DNA of 62,765 nucleotides, filler included, from Sphacelaria rigidula (taxonomy: Eukaryota), in the NCBI GenBank assembly GCA_964200075.2. It is 11 parts of 11 records of this genome, joined end to end, with 100 filler letters (N's around TTAATTAATTAA, not from the genome) between each part and the next. Parts side by side here need not be neighbours in the genome. Positions count along the whole stretch, not along the records: positions 22,862 to 28,476 come from CAXNAA020025837.1; positions 28,577 to 34,191 come from CAXNAA020025838.1; positions 34,292 to 39,906 come from CAXNAA020025839.1; 8 more parts are not named here. One strand, given 5' to 3'. Under the pieces are notes generated by a model that saw only the letters and a program-made list of their open reading frames with translations, did no database searches and was not told where the DNA came from. This document shows positions 24,619 through 38,427 of this stretch, piece after piece. The translations under genes and the position numbers were made by a program. Within the stretch, counting starts at the first letter, position 1. Each line of letters opens with the position of its first letter.

Positions 24619-26553
24619 CCCCCCCTCCCGAGATTCCGACCAAGTCAAAGAATTGGTCATATCTCAAGAGAGAAATATGCATATATATATATATATATAT
24701 ATAAGGAGACGGGGATCGGTCATGTGATGTCGGTGAAAAGTTTGTTGGTCACCCCTTCAACGTTCAGGTCCCAAAAATCTTCTACTCCGTTTTCTTTTCA
24801 CTTTCAGCAGCTTATTGCAACAAACACTGTGATCCGGTGCCCTTGCTCCCCACTGCTCACAGTACGGTATACGCTGTTTCTATCTCCGCTCTGTTCTTCA
24901 ACGGTAGCACGCACCTCCTCACAAGGCGAAGGGGGGAGGCCAGGCAGGTGGCGAAGACTGCGCAGAGACCAAATAATACTCTATTTTTGTTGTGTTCCTC
25001 GATGGTTGAGGGGACACTGCTCAACCAGTAAAATACAGTCTCACCTCCAAGCGAGCGATATTGGGGTGATTCGTACGGGAACATGGTGAAACATTCCACC
25101 AATCGAAATAATCAAAATGGCTACCCCACCCTCCTTGAGGCCTGCCCCCCGACGTGAAATTTTCCTGTAAACACGTATGATTACCCTGAAAAGCGTTTCC
25201 GACGATCGGGAAATCATCATGTCCCCTTCACTGCGTAAGTAGACTCTGCCATCACCAGTCATCCGGTATTCGAGTTTTTGTTCATTTCTTCGGCGTGCCT
25301 ACCGACGTTTGAAAGTTGTTCTCAGGAGAAGCTTGTTCGAAATTCATGTTTTATCTATTTCTGACTCTCCATATATCGTGTACTCGAAGGAGGCAAATCA
25401 ATCGAAAGGGTATTGCTCCCCGAGTTAAAACCCATCCTTCAAATCCTTAACCTCGTACGTCCACCGCGGGCGCACAAGCACTCATCTGCTGTGCCCGTTC
25501 CACCATAAGCATCCTCTCTCAGACCGCCCACATTGGCCGACACGCGGTAGAACAGAGTATGACTTGTCAGTGGCAAATGTGAAGCGGACTAACGTCCTTT
25601 GATCAATGGGTTCGGTTTAGACAATGGTCGGTGAGCGTATCCAACTCCTGGTTGATGGTACTCCCCCGCTTTCTAGAATTTGCTTTCCCATCTAATTAAT
25701 ATTTAATTCAGACCCGCGGTTACGCTGCCAGCACTTTCGTTGTCCTTGCATCCAGCCCCTTGATTAAGACCCACGGTCGGAAGCTATTAACTGGAGACAA
25801 ATTCCAAGGCAAAAGACACCGTACAACGTGCTGACTGATGGCACAAAGATGCACCAGAGTATGACGAATATCAATGATTACGTTCCATGCCTGGTCCCTG
25901 CGGTGCGCTGGTGGAAAAAGAAAAAGGTGAAGATATGACTGTATTCATTTTTACCTCGTGTCCGTCGGTTGACAAAATGGTATTGAATCTTCATGGAAAG
26001 AGCATCTGTACATGAAAATCAAGTCGAAAATACCCAACAGCGGCATACATCAACTCCACGTGACTCCCCCTTAACCCTTTTAGAACCGTTGATGGAAAAA
26101 GTGACGATTTACAATTGACGTTTTCTTGGGAAATATATGGTTGTTTTTCTGCATCTGTTGATATTGTAGCCAGCCCAGCCAAACGGTGCACCACTCTAAG
26201 TTCCAGTATACTAATGTGACAGATTCGTGCACCCAACTCGAAGTGACGTTTCCCCGGTGACGAAAGCTCGCATATAGGAGTTTGTGAATCGTCACTTTGC
26301 CATGAACGGTTCTAAAAGGGTTATTACGAGTGATGAAACGGGTGTTGAAAGGCACGACTATTACACGCGGCATTATACTTCAGCCATGCAGCGCTGACCT
26401 TCATTTTATTTTTATTCTCCATTTTTTGCCGCTTTTCTCGCCTCGTTTCATGGTTCACCTTTTGTCTTTATGTTCTCGCGATGGATGGGTGGGTGGGGGG
26501 GCGGGGGAAATGACACGGGCAATATCCTCTTCTTTTGGTGGTTTGGAACACAG

Positions 26554-26673
26554 CTGAAGCGATGGCGGGCGCCGGTGAAACGAGATCTCGTGGTGTGGAT
26601 GTACGATGTCTCGAAGCAGGGATTCGGTGCGATGTTCATCCACGTTTGGAATATCATCCTCTCCATTCAAGAG
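26554..26673 (+). CDS. STIMATE: STIMATE/TMEM110-family membrane protein, internal exon
   Basis: Acceptor CAG ending 26553; donor GTGGGC at 26674; 120 nt, phase 0. LKRWRAPVKRDLVVWMYDVSKQGFGAMFIHVWNIILS matches the family motif KR..E...R...IW..D.SKQ..G...IH..N..L. Confidence 0.82.
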
Positions 26674-28878
26674 GTGGGCCATCGCGCGAGAGACATGCAT
26701 GAATGTAGCTGCTGAGATTATGGCTGCGGTAGCGGCGGACCCACAGCGTGACTGCACCTGTTGGAGGCAGAAATTTTCCATGTAAACCGGGTGTTTTCTC
26801 GGCTCGTCGTTCGAGTGTATTTTTTTGCTTATATATCAAGGTCAGGTGAGATTAACAATACCGCGTGCTTTGGCATGTCATTCTCCGCGAGGTCACCCGC
26901 CATATGGCGGTATAATCGAAAAGGTAGGTAAGATTCGTATTTTACCGGCTGTACCGCCTGATTGCGGGTCTACTTGCATCGTACGGTTCCGTTTATTTTT
27001 GTCGTCACACTTGTTATACTCTCTCCTCAGGACCAGTCGGTTGTCTCAAGGGGAATTCACCCGTCTCTCCCCTGGCACACACGCCTTGCATTTTTGTGTC
27101 TAGGATTGGATGATGACCACTCCCGCACCTCGTCGAGGCTCGTGAAATACACTTATTTCCCCCACTCACATCCCCACCTCTTCGACGGCAGAGATCACAT
27201 ACTTGCGTCAAGAACAAGCAAAATTCCCAGTGCACTTACCGGGATTCAAAGCCTCAATCTTCCCTACTGTAACGAGTTTCCGTTGTACCAGCTAGACCAT
27301 GGGTGCGCGGCGGCATATTTCCCTGTGAAATTCATAATCGACTTGGGGAAAAAGAGTGTCTCCGCCGAGGGACTCCATACCGGGAAATCCATGCACCGCC
27401 GCTACCCGCGATCTGGAATGAGAAAAATGCCAAATTAATTCGGGGAAAACCTTATTCTTCGTAATCCTCCACTAGTATACGGAATTGAACGATCATTTAC
27501 ATATCTCCGGGTTTGCCTCAACGTGAGCAGCCCAAAGCCGAGGAGTTTTGGTGTGTCGGTTGTTCTTGTGGCGTTCGGGGAGCAATTTTGCCGGCTGGAA
27601 AATGACTTTTGAGTCGCGGCGATCAGTAGATAATGAATATTGAGTCCCCCTGGCTTTTACAAGACCGGCTGTTACTGACCTAGCGCTATCGCAGTGATAC
27701 GGCCGCCATGCTGAGAAGGGCGGTGTACGGCGAACAGTTCTGTACTGCTACTGAAGGACTGAAATTGACATGCAGTAAGTTCACCGTGCGGTGATACCAG
27801 CCGACACGAAAATATTCTGATATTGTAAACGTGCACAATGTAGGAGTTGCAGATAATCACGTACTTTGCCCGCGTTTGCGCAGACAGCCGTGTTCATACA
27901 ACGCGTATATCTACATATCGCAATTCATACTGCACTGCGACACAAGAGAGGGAGAGGTTGCAAAAGGGAATGTTATGGACGTGGTGTTGCGAAAAAGAAT
28001 ATCCAACATCGAGGTAGCGGCAGTCATGAAATGTAATTAACGTGATATTGATATTGTCATGCCCGTAAGGGCAAATCTATGCAAACTGCCGGGTGCCAGG
28101 CGTGCGCGCCCACTTCACGTTCACCCCTTGCAAGACGTATAGCATCTGCGGCACATTTCCAGCACCGGTACCCTGAGCGCTGTGATCTTCACTCCCTGCT
28201 TCTGCGGGCATGTTCTTCTCTGCTTGCTTTGACTTACCCCTACCACCTACCGTTTCGGTACACCCGGCGCAGGCCGACGTTACCGGCAAACACATGCAGT
28301 GCAGTACAGCAACTACTATCGCCATCATCCATCGGTCAGGGGGGTACCCTTCCCATGAAATCGGGTTCCCCTCCCCCCCTCCGTCTCGTTGCTCCGTCTC
28401 GTTGCTCCGTCTCGAAAGGGATGCGTGGTCAATGGTCAAATGACTAAGGCAAGCAACAAATGAGTACGCCCCCCCCNNNNNNNNNNNNNNNNNNNNNNNN
28501 NNNNNNNNNNNNNNNNNNNNTTAATTAATTAANNNNNNNNNNNNNNNNNNNNNNNNNNNNNNNNNNNNNNNNNNNNGGGGGGGGGGGGTACTCATTTGTT
28601 GCTTGCCTTAGTCGTTTGACCATTGACCACGCATCCCTTTCGTTTCGAGACGGAGCACACTGGGGGGCGAACGGGCAGGCAGCGCAGATTTGTATCCTTA
28701 ATTTCAACATCGACTGATTAGTCGACTTCGCTCATTAACCAATGGACGGATGGATCGCTTGTCTCTCATCCTAACTGATCCGCGGAACACCCGGTAGTAC
28801 CCAAAAGGGCAAGCACAAACGAAAATGCTCACTCTGAACAAAAATTGAACAACAGCAGTGTAGTTTTCTTCGGATTAC

Positions 28879-29042
28879 CCGTAATCGGACGTTCCGATGC
28901 CGCGCGCGTAGTGGCTTGTCACCGCCGGCAGGGCCCGCACATAAGCAGCGGCTATTCTCGTCTTGAAGGGCTGATCCGCCATGAGGGTCAGATACAGCTC
29001 GTGGAACGAGCAAGCCACGTCTTTCGGTAACTGCGCGTCCGC
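28879..29042 (-). CDS. UBR1/UBR2/PRT6-type N-recognin E3 ubiquitin ligase, exon 3 of 3 seen
   Basis: Acceptor CAG, donor GTAATC. ADAQLPKDVACSFHELYLTLMADQPFKTRIAAAYVRALP resembles the UBR 'DAKL.K..R...HEL........YK..FA..F' helix region. Confidence 0.78.
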
Positions 29043-30467
29043 CTGAATTATTTGTTGGTTTGATTTCGAGGTCAAAGTGAACAAAAGAAAGAGAAACGAA
29101 CGTATGAAGGAGAATCAAAAGGAGAGACAGAAGAAAAAAAAAGCTGATTCGAGTATCGTTGCACAGCGACCTTCCGCCAAATGGCCATCGCGAGGAAACC
29201 TTGAAGCAAAACAAATGCTGATTCGAGTCTTGTTCCGTAGTGATCTTTCTTCAAATGCTCACCAAGAGGAGACTGTACGGAGCAGGAAGTAACAGTACTA
29301 GACGAGAAGATGCGCACAAGGTAAAAAAAATGACACAGAGGTTATCACAATTTATTTATTTTTGGCGCAAGCTATGTCGTGGTCATTGCGTTCATACCGT
29401 GAAGTGACGCTAAGGGAAAAGAGCTCAACCTTGTCCAGGAAGTCGTAGCACGGGCGGCAGCACACGGTTATTCATGCATATATTTTCGCCAACTGCATTG
29501 CATCAGCCTGTGATCTACGATATCCCGCGCTTGACGAGAGCTCTCAAGCAAAACGAAGACATGTGTACATATATCCGCCATGTATACATATATGCATATA
29601 GAACTATACCGTCATAATTTCAACCCCTCCCCATTCTCGAGACGAGTCCGCAGTCTCGAAGGATCAACCCATCACTCTCCCGGTACGTATCTGGACCCAT
29701 TGGTTACGTGACCACGGATTGGTCATTACGTGACCACGGCTAGATCCCTGGGGGGTTAGTCAAAGTGCGACAATCAATCCATCAATTAATCAAGCAATTG
29801 GTACTGCGGAATGGATCGGCACTCCTTCATCAAATGGACTCTGGTCTACGTAGATATCTTGAGATCGTGAAGGATAGAAACCGGAACAAAATGTGGGGAA
29901 ATAGTTCGCTTTCGGCCGTAAAGATCTACTTGGAGGCAGTAGCCGCGTAGCGACCAATCGTGAACCGTACATGGAACGGGAGATATGTACGGGACATCCG
30001 ATGTGTGAGTAAGACTTTGTGTTATGCAAGCCGTCCTTGAACCTTACACGGTGAAAACTATTTTTCTGGATGAAAGTAACCAGTACAGCAGTGGGGCAAG
30101 AATATACAAGATATGATCGTGGGACGCTCGGATGGTTCACCATGCAGATCGCCTCGCACAAACATGGGGTTAAGTATGTTCGCAAAAACATATGGCGTTG
30201 TCTCTGCCCCCCTTGCTTTTCTGTCTTTCGTTGTTTCCGTTCCAATCATTTCCTTTCCTCTCCTTTCCTTCCATTTTGGGCATTTCCTCCTCCACAGCTC
30301 GCTTTCGTGTTTGTTAATGAACAGTGAGAGTCCGTTCCTTGTGGGGACCCGCTAGCCACCAAAGGGTCCAGGAGCCACGGAACCCCAAGAACGTCAGGAA
30401 CATGCTCTCTACATTTACACTTCGTCCACCATGATTTTTCACCATTTGTATTTCTATTCTTGGTCAC

Positions 30468-30611
30468 CTTCATGAGGGTGACGAGGGCATCCACGCTAAA
30501 AATCTCGCACACCAAACGACACATCCCGTCGGAGAGGGTCGACACGGCGTGCAACCACCGCACCACGCACAGCAAACGGTTCAATCGCTCTTCGACCTGG
30601 TTTGTCCGCAC
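30468..30611 (-). CDS. UBR-type E3 ligase, exon 2 of 3 seen
   Basis: TTTTCCCAG acceptor, GTGACC donor; 144 nt, phase 0/0. VRTNQVEERLNRLLCVVRWLHAVSTLSDGMCRLVCEIFSVDALVTLMK ('W....S..SDG.R...C') joins in frame to ADAQLPK. Confidence 0.78.
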
Positions 30612-30734
30612 CTGGGAAAATAATACATGATGCATTATATTCATGCGAAACACGAAATGAAGTCAGGACAAATGGAAATTACAACGGATCATTTTGTGAT
30701 CAAGATTATCGTGATAAGATTATTACGATTTCAA

Positions 30735-31210
30735 TGATGAAAATGAAAATGAACATGAATATGACTATGAATATGAATATGATCATGGAAATGAAAATGA
30801 AAACGAATATGAGTATAAATATGACTGAATATAATCATGAATTTGATCATGGAAATGAAAAATGAACATGAAAATAAAAACGAATATGAGTAAAAATATG
30901 ACTATGAAAATAATCATAGAAATGAAAAATGTAAATGAACAGGACTATGAATTTGAATACGAATAAGAACGTGAATATGAAAACGAGTGAGAACGTGAAA
31001 ATGAAAATGAAAATGCACACGAAAATTAATATGAATATGAATATGAATATAAACATGAATAAGAATTTTATGTATCAAAATACAAACGAAAATGAAAATG
31101 AGTATGACTATGTTCATGAGTGATGATGACGATGACGATGACGATGACATTAGCAAAAAGAATGAGTGAGAAATGAGAAACGAGAAACGAGAAATGAAAA
31201 TGATGACTAC
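30735..31210. repeat. Degenerate hexamer microsatellite (ATGAAW / ATGACK)n within a UBR intron
   Basis: About 470 bp of ATGAAA/ATGAAT/ATGAAC/ATGACT variants, very AT-rich. Confidence 0.88.
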
Positions 31211-31402
31211 GGTTACAGTTATGATCAAGAGCGAGTAAATCAAACCGTTCAACAAAGTACACCCGTGGATCCTGCCACCTCCATAATCCAAACCAGGGGG
31301 ACAACGGGTTCAATCATGACAAACTAGGCCGTTCTGTTCGACTTTTCGCTGTTCCTTTTTTCTTCAGCGAGTGTTTCAGTTTTGCTTTTCTTGGGTACGT
31401 CC

Positions 31403-31476
31403 ATCACGCGACCACGGCTGGACCCATGGGGGGTCAGTTAAAGTGCGACAATCAATCAATCATCAATCATCAATCA
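31403..31476 (+). mobile_element. LINE-type 3' end with (CAAT)n tail; copies at ~29705-29793 (+), ~47200-47230 (+), ~61997-62070 (-)
   Basis: CCACGGCTGGA[T/C]CC[C/A]TGGGGG.TCAGTTAAAGTGCGA followed by CAATCAATCAATC. Microsatellite tails are typical of RTE/CR1/L2-type elements. Confidence 0.72.
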
Positions 31477-31893
31477 AGCAGACTTCCGGGCTACTCAGCA
31501 TAATTTGCTGGGAACGCTGTGCGTGTTCAACGTCCTGTTGCAAGAGGCCGTACTTGTCACTGTCATCTTCACATTAAAAACCGTTCCGGTATCTACGCAG
31601 TACTCCGTACTGTGCATCTGATGCGGACGCCTTCCGTGGTCACAGGCTAGCAACCCAAGGAGGGCACGAGGAAATGAAAACGAGAAATAAAATAGAACCC
31701 AGGAGGATTCACGCAGACGCAATAAACGACAAAAAGGAATACTGCCAATCTCATGAGTTCCGGTGCCGCGGATGAGAAGAAGCAAACACGCACACACAAA
31801 AACACACACACACACACCACAAACACACACACCACACACACATACCACACACACGCCTCGTACGGGCAAGTACACTACAGTACAATGCAGTAC

Positions 31894-32001
31894 CGAGACA
31901 AGCAGGCCCCTCCGGCTAAGTTCCCTCGCGATCGTCAGCGCCCCGTCCGAGTCTTCTCCGGAGGCAGACATTACTTCGGCTTCCTCCTTGTGACTCCTTA
32001 C
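31894..32001 (-). CDS. UBR-type E3 ligase, exon 1 of 3 seen (end of ClpS-like region)
   Basis: CAG acceptor, GTACTG donor; 108 nt, phase 0/0. VRSHKEEAEVMSASGEDSDGALTIARELSRRGLLVS joins in frame to exon 2. Confidence 0.62.
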
Positions 32002-34291
32002 CTGGCTAATCACCTTTTTTTTGGGGGGGGGGAGGGGGGGAGAGAAAAAACGCCAGGACAGATAGCTGGGATTCTCCGCACGTGCTGTACAAAGGTTAAA
32101 GGTTTCTACGGTGGACTATGATCTGAGCGATACAGGCTGGGCCGCCCAAGAAGCCCACTTTCCTTTAGCGCGTTCTAACGGACGATGCATCGCGAATTGT
32201 GCCTACTAAGATACATTGTGGTAATCTGCAAATCAACGCGCGGCTTTCAATCCACGTAGCACTGCGATCCGACAAGTTCTTATCAAACGACGTACCAAAC
32301 TGAGGCCAGCTGGGAAGCGTAGAGAGTTGAGGGTGACATGTGGGGCGAAAGTAGAATAAAAAAAACGGCTGCAATTGGGTTTTCGGTTACAGACGGTTGT
32401 GCGGCGGCCTCTAAGTGGTGGTGCCGCACAAGTTGTTCTTGTATAACAATACATGTTGTACTGTAGGCGCACAGTGTCTGAGATGGCACGCAGATGAGGG
32501 CCCCAACGCGCCAAGGCGTCTGTTGGTAGTGTGCGAATCGGTGAGCAATGGATAAAGAAAACTTGTAGAGAACTTAGAAGTTCCGGCCAAGGTTGTTGCA
32601 CTATAAAAGCAAGTCAACCGGTTTTCGACAGGAAAGCGCGGCTGCGCTGCTCAAGTTTGAGTCGTATACTCTAGAATTTTGACACGATGCACATGAGGCA
32701 TGTGCAAAGCCCCTACTGTTAGACCATCTTTCATAGCAACAAATCTCCACTTGTAGAAATATGATATTTTCAGCCCGTGTGAAGGCGATTTTCTCCCGTG
32801 GATCGGTTTCTCGGACCCCTGTCCGTTGGGCAATGTTTTTCGGCTAGCTGTGAGAGAACCAGATCAATTCTCCGATTTTCTGGGCGTTGACTTTCGATAA
32901 ATCACCTCTCTGCTCGAATCGGGCTGAAATCCTCATATTTCTGAAAATGGACATTTGTTGTCATAAAAAGATGGTATCATCCCTTCACTTTTTTTCCTCG
33001 TGAGTTATCCGTAATCGAAATTTCGAAACAGTTTTCTGGTGCAAAATCCTCGACAACGCACTACACAAAAACAAAAAACGAGTGGGGGGGGGGGGGGGAA
33101 GTGGGTCTTTGAATATACCTCATGAACATCGTGTCAAACTTTCATGGAAAACAACTTCAAAATAAATAGCGTAACCGCGGTTCAGAGTTTCCTGATAGCG
33201 TCTTGGCTGGTCCATCATAAGAAGCGGTTTTCGACAAGAAAACCCGATTTCCGTGCTCGACTTTGAGTTGTTTACAATGAAATTTTGACACGATGTACAA
33301 GGCGTATGAGCATACACCTTAGTTTCCGTCGCCTGATTTTCCTGGTTTTTTGTCGTGAATTTTTGGCAACGGAACATTTTCAAACAAACTTTCGGAACTG
33401 AATCGCAAACAAGTCACGAAGATATTGGAAAAAAAATGTAGGGGAGAAAAAATAGGGCCTTCGCACATACGTCTTGTACATCGTGTCAAAATTTAATTGA
33501 CAGAGGCTGAAAATTGAGCACGGAAATCGCGTGTCATTATTTCCGTTCGCATCTCGGTCGGCCGACCTGTACCAGCGAAAACTGAACGACGTTATTTCAA
33601 ATGTGAGCCATAGGGCAGCGTGAAAGCAAGACGATTTACACTGGGGGTACCGCGTGAATGCTACCATACGGAGTATTATCCATCACCCTGGGAGAAACAA
33701 ATTCAACCGGTTTTGTCGCTGGTTGTAACCGTCCTTTCGTGAAAAACTCTTTGCACATCGAAGCCCACCCACTCCACAATATCGGCACTTGTTTTCCTTG
33801 CTCATTTGCTTTTCTCATGTACGCGACACAACATGGCAAGCGAGAAATATTTGACCACAAAAAGACAAGAGATGAACAGAAAAATAGGTCTTTGCGGAAT
33901 AGGAGATGAAGACCTCCCCCGGGGTTTTTAGGTTTTCAACTGGTGGTGTGTTTTCACAACGTACCAAGCCGAGGTCACACGCTTACTGTAGCATTGGACT
34001 CGCCGCTTGCATCTGAAAGTGTCCCTCTTTCCCTCTTTCGTGGATAACAATTTCGCACAACTGCGATACAGAGGATAACAACGCAGTAGCATGCGAGGCA
34101 GCCCCCCCCCCCCCCCCCTCCCGGTGGGGGGCCCCTGGTGAAGACACTATAAAACAAACCACAATCTGAGTAACACAAGCAACCAGAGAGANNNNNNNNN
34201 NNNNNNNNNNNNNNNNNNNNNNNNNNNNNNNNNNNTTAATTAATTAANNNNNNNNNNNNNNNNNNNNNNNNNNNNNNNNNNNNNNNNNNNN

Positions 34292-34400
34292 ACCCTGAAA
34301 TTTGGTATGGACAATGAGTTGGCTTTATATATATTCTATTATGCCCAACGCATTGTCCATACCAAATTTCAGGGTCCAACTCCAAGTATCGGCCGTATAA
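34292..34400. repeat. Dispersed repeat with 25-bp perfect inverted repeat; related pieces at ~10880-10930, ~22995-23035, ~57520-57545
   Basis: ACCCTGAAATTTGGTATGGACAATG pairs with CATTGTCCATACCAAATTTCAGGGT. The motif TTTCAGGGTCCAACTCCAA recurs in other contigs. Confidence 0.75.
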
Positions 34401-34684
34401 TGGGTCTGCAAACTGCAGAATCGCTTCTCGACTGGCCCAGCTCGTATGGTTGACCATATGTCAGATCCATCGCACACTGAGCGATTTTGTATGACGGTAC
34501 GTCATGCACCTTTAGCAGGCCTACCTCACATTTCATGCTGTCGAAAAGCAACACAAGGGCTGCTGAGTTTCAAAATAGATTATCACTTGAACACCATGGC
34601 TTGCCATTCAGTATTGGATCAGCTGCAAACACCAACGATCTTGCTACTAGGATATGCAACGCAATCGCCAAACGCGTTACTCAC

Positions 34685-34919
34685 CAGTGCCTTCATCGAC
34701 TAACACAAGCTCTGACACATCGGCAAGGTGTGGGCCCGTGAAGAATATGTCGTAGATCCATGCAGCCTGACCATCGACCAATGTTTCCACGAATAGACGC
34801 GGCACGCCATCTCTGATGATGGACATGGTGGTATTATCGTGATTTGATCCGTCGAAGGCTTCAATCAATGACAATTCCTCCGCCCCGTCCGCTGTCGCAA
34901 TGGTGTAGATGCGGTATGG
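34685..34919 (-). CDS. Giant extracellular repeat protein (stramenopile 'titin-like' type), exon 4 of 4 seen
   Basis: TAG acceptor, GTGAGT donor. PYRIYTIATADGAEELSLIEAFDGS...WIYDIFFTGPHLADVSELVLVDEGT is in frame with the previous exon. Confidence 0.8.
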
Positions 34920-35612
34920 CTACATTATCGTAGAAATTGAGAGGCATCAGGAGGAATTTGCAGCGGGTGCGCGTAGACACTCCTTCAGCGAACGGAGAAT
35001 GTACATGGCACCATTGCGTAATAGCTTGATCAAACCACATGTGCCCATTCAGGCTGTAAGCGGTATCATTCCGGCGCCTTCGTCGACTCACGTGTCATTC
35101 CGTCATACGATACGGGAGTTAGATGGAAATGGCAAACAGGAAGAAGCACGAGATAATGGAGGAAGGTCGTGTCTCCCGAACAAGTGTGTCAAAAATGCAT
35201 TTCCAACCACGGTACGCAGAATGTCAGACGTGCGAAGTCGACAGGACACTTATTATTTTTGGCAAGTATTTATATTCGCTCGCTCGGCGAGCAAACACAC
35301 GCGAACCGGTAGCGTCCAAGTTGTGCACTTTTTATGCTGGTGCGCATTCACCATGTAACCGCCTACTTGCCAATGAAAAGAAAAGCTTGGGCAGCACACA
35401 TGTCTACAGCAAACATGCTAGACGTAAGTGGTGGTGGTGTACTCGTGATCATGCATGCCATAGTCATCAGATCATCAAGCCATGGCGGAGTGCCCTACGT
35501 TCGGCCTGTGCTCTGACGTGGGCGTTTGACCGGAATTGGTGTACTTCAAGCAGGGTCACGGACCACAAGAAAAAATTGAAAGACCCACCCCGAAACAAAC
35601 CATGTGTCTCAC

Positions 35613-35789
35613 ATCGAGTGAAGTGCCAATCCGCACGCGGTCACCAGGAGATAGCTTGCCCGAGATGGATGAGCTGGGGGTGACATAGTAGGATCCGTCC
35701 GTGACGTTCATTGTTACGCCGTCGAGCGTCTCGGTGTCGACGATACCCCCGACATCAGTGCAGCCGTTAGCCGCGCCAATACCAACCAC
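35613..35789 (-). CDS. Giant extracellular repeat protein, exon 3 of 4 seen
   Basis: ACACAG acceptor, GTGAGA donor; 177 nt, phase 0/0. VVGIGAANGCTDVGG...GKLSPGDRVRIGTSLD. Confidence 0.82.
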
Positions 35790-37100
35790 CTGTGTAACAC
35801 AGGGTAAAACACAATCCGTTCAAGCAGAAATATATTCGAATGGGAGCTCATGCTCGTTTTTCACGCCTATCGGAATGACGATGTGATGGGCATGAGCCAG
35901 GGTGGGGATACGGTTAATTAGGGTATGGTGTGCGTCTGATTTCCAGCGAGGTGAAGAAATTTTGCGCAGAGATTTTCATATACAGCGTACCGTTTGAACC
36001 TGGCGGCTAGCCCGTGCAGCATTCCGAATCAACGTTGGATTTCACTATTTTGACGCGCCATCGAAGTCTTGAAAATGTGTATTCATCTCGAGTGTCGTGT
36101 TCTTGGCCGCTGAGCAAGTATTTTGTGCGATGCGTTTCATGATGAAGACACTATTTTGAGAGCTATCTGTATTGTTCAATTGACTGCATGCAACAACTGG
36201 GTGTATTGTATGTACAACCTTGTGTGACCGTACGTTTATGCTATACGTGTGCAAACATATATATTGTGTTTTGGGAGAGATATGTTAAACCCTTGAGACC
36301 ACCGACTCGTCCCGAGCAAGAGAAGGGATTGACAATGTGCCAACAGAAAAAATGAAACGATACGGCATGACACGCATTATGATTAGGAGACCGACGAGAG
36401 TTATAGGTGACGGTGACATTCTCCGAAATACATCCTGCCCGTGTCATGTGTTTCGTCGCGTGTCTGTGCTCGAGTGTGACATAACCAGGAAAAACACGTC
36501 GCTGTAGGGGTTCCATTCTACCATGGGTGACGCCTAAATATTCTCAGTGTGACAGCGGTTTGTATGGGTAATGCCATCAACCCATATTCTGAAACAGACA
36601 CACGCATGCGCCTGCATACAATGAATACTACTTCGTACAAGGGATTCGCTATTTAAAACAGATGCGCGTTGGTTCGTTCGATCGACGCGCATTATCCAAT
36701 CATGGTCACAAGATGGGTGTACCAAAGGTACACACACGGAAACACTAGCTAAAGAAAACCGAGAAAGGGCGAAACAAGAGATGGGGGGGGGGGGCGTACT
36801 CGTGTACTCGTTAACAAGAGATGGAACGACGGAGTGAACTGAAAACATTAGAGTCAAACCAAAAACAAAGTAGAAACGAGAAATAAATGGAAAGTATGTG
36901 CGCCTGCTGCCCAACGCGAGACCACCTTTTATGGTTCCCAAACCGCATTTGTACCCGTATGAGGATTTCCGCATCTGTGAACGAGGCTTGTTCCGCAGAC
37001 TGAGCATGCTCTTACGCAGCAAATATGCCAGTAAACGTTCTATCCAAATCGATACACATGGATGCATGCACTTTCGCTTCATACAAGCGCGACAACTCAC

Positions 37101-38427
37101 CTGGAGTTGATCCACATTTCCAACGACCGTACTGATCCCCGCCACCCCACGGAATTCGAACAGGTAGGAGTAGCCATATCCGCTCAAAGCACTACCGTCG
37201 CCGTTCCTTGTAACCAAAATATGCCCCTCGTCTCCTTCCTCATAAGTTGTTCCCGAACCGTCTAGATCATATCCTAAACCTTCCAAGGCAGCTTGCACCA
37301 TAGATTCCTCTGCTCCAAATTCTAGACACTCTGTCATGCGTTCTTCGCCGCCGTGTGTCCACTGCAATCGGAAGAAACCTTGCCCTGTTAAGGGCGTAAC
37401 TCCGTCTGTCGCAGTGAGAACAAGACGCTGTACCTCTAACACGCTCTTTCCTGTGCCTGACCTGGCCACAACAACAGGATCATCAACAACAAGCGAAACC
37501 ATGGCGTTTTCCAAGCCACCAGAACCGGATGCAGCACGGAAACTACTCTCGAGGACAACAGATCGACCATCCGTCGAAACGCTCTCTATAACATGTTCCG
37601 AGTCGTCACCCCCGTATGATCCGGACACACGGATGACATCCCCACGCTTCAGGCGCCCATCAACAAAAGTGTCATTAAACAGGAAAACCTCGGCTGAAGG
37701 GAACGTATCCATGCCGGTCGTGTTGAGGTACAGGTCGGCAGCGGGGGGACTGGTCTCCCCCAACGCGCTCAGATCCGAAAGTGCCGCGGCCATGTCAGTA
37801 GCGCTGATGCCCCACTCCAAGCAACCCGTTTCCGTGGAAGCGTTTTCAGAATTTGAAGATGAATCGTTGTAGGCCAGACGGAAGTAGTCACCGCGAATGT
37901 AACCTGCTTCTGTTGAAAGGGTGAGTGTTTGCCTTTCAACACGACCACCATTGTGGATGGTGTTGACGTAGGCCAGAGCATTCTCAGGTTCTTCGCCGGT
38001 TCCGCCCGTGTTACTACACGCAGTGCTGTTGATCACGAGCTCGTTAACGTCACCCGCGACAGTATCCCCCTCAAAGTACACGGAGTGCACATATGGGTCC
38101 CCGTGGGTTCCCGACCCCCGACGAGTAACCACCACACCTCCGGCATCTATAGCCGCAAGGGATTCAATCGCTTCGTCCACGTCATCAGCAGAAGCGTCGT
38201 AAGGTAAACAGTATGTTGTTCCTGATAGGCCAGAGTGAAGAAGTGAAAGGCTCCAGAAATCGCTGGAGGCGCTTTCATCTGCGGCTAGGATAACCGTCTG
38301 AACTTCAGTACCGACACGGCGGAGTGTGTAGCGCGAGCCTGCGACGCGGATTTCTCGACCCGTTGCTACCTTGGCGGATAAGTCGTTATCGGTCTCCAAG
38401 ACTGGCCATCCGGGGATAGCTGTTGAC
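37101..38427 (-). CDS. Giant extracellular repeat protein, exon 2 of 4 seen (1,327 nt)
   Basis: Core of the 645-aa ORF, bounded by GGACAG acceptor and GTGAGT donor. Repeated module EVQ.(V/L).L...F.L....T.CL.(Y/W/F)..S...(V/M)..A(I/L)..L....V.V.R.G.G....Y...(V/F).F.G....G.V..L, characteristic of very large FN3-associated proteins of stramenopiles. Confidence 0.9.

Noticed and set aside
28395..28667. Inverted repeat spanning the spacer at 28477-28576
   Set aside because: Two copies of a high-copy retroposon at the ends of unrelated contigs; their adjacency is artefactual.
30602..31313. Met/Asn/Lys-rich and Phe/Ile-rich ORFs
   Set aside because: These are translations of the degenerate ATGAAW microsatellite inside a UBR intron.
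36534..37100. C-terminal ~190 aa of the 645-aa ORF as protein
   Set aside because: It lies after the GTGAGT donor at 37100 and its composition changes abruptly; this is intron read-through.
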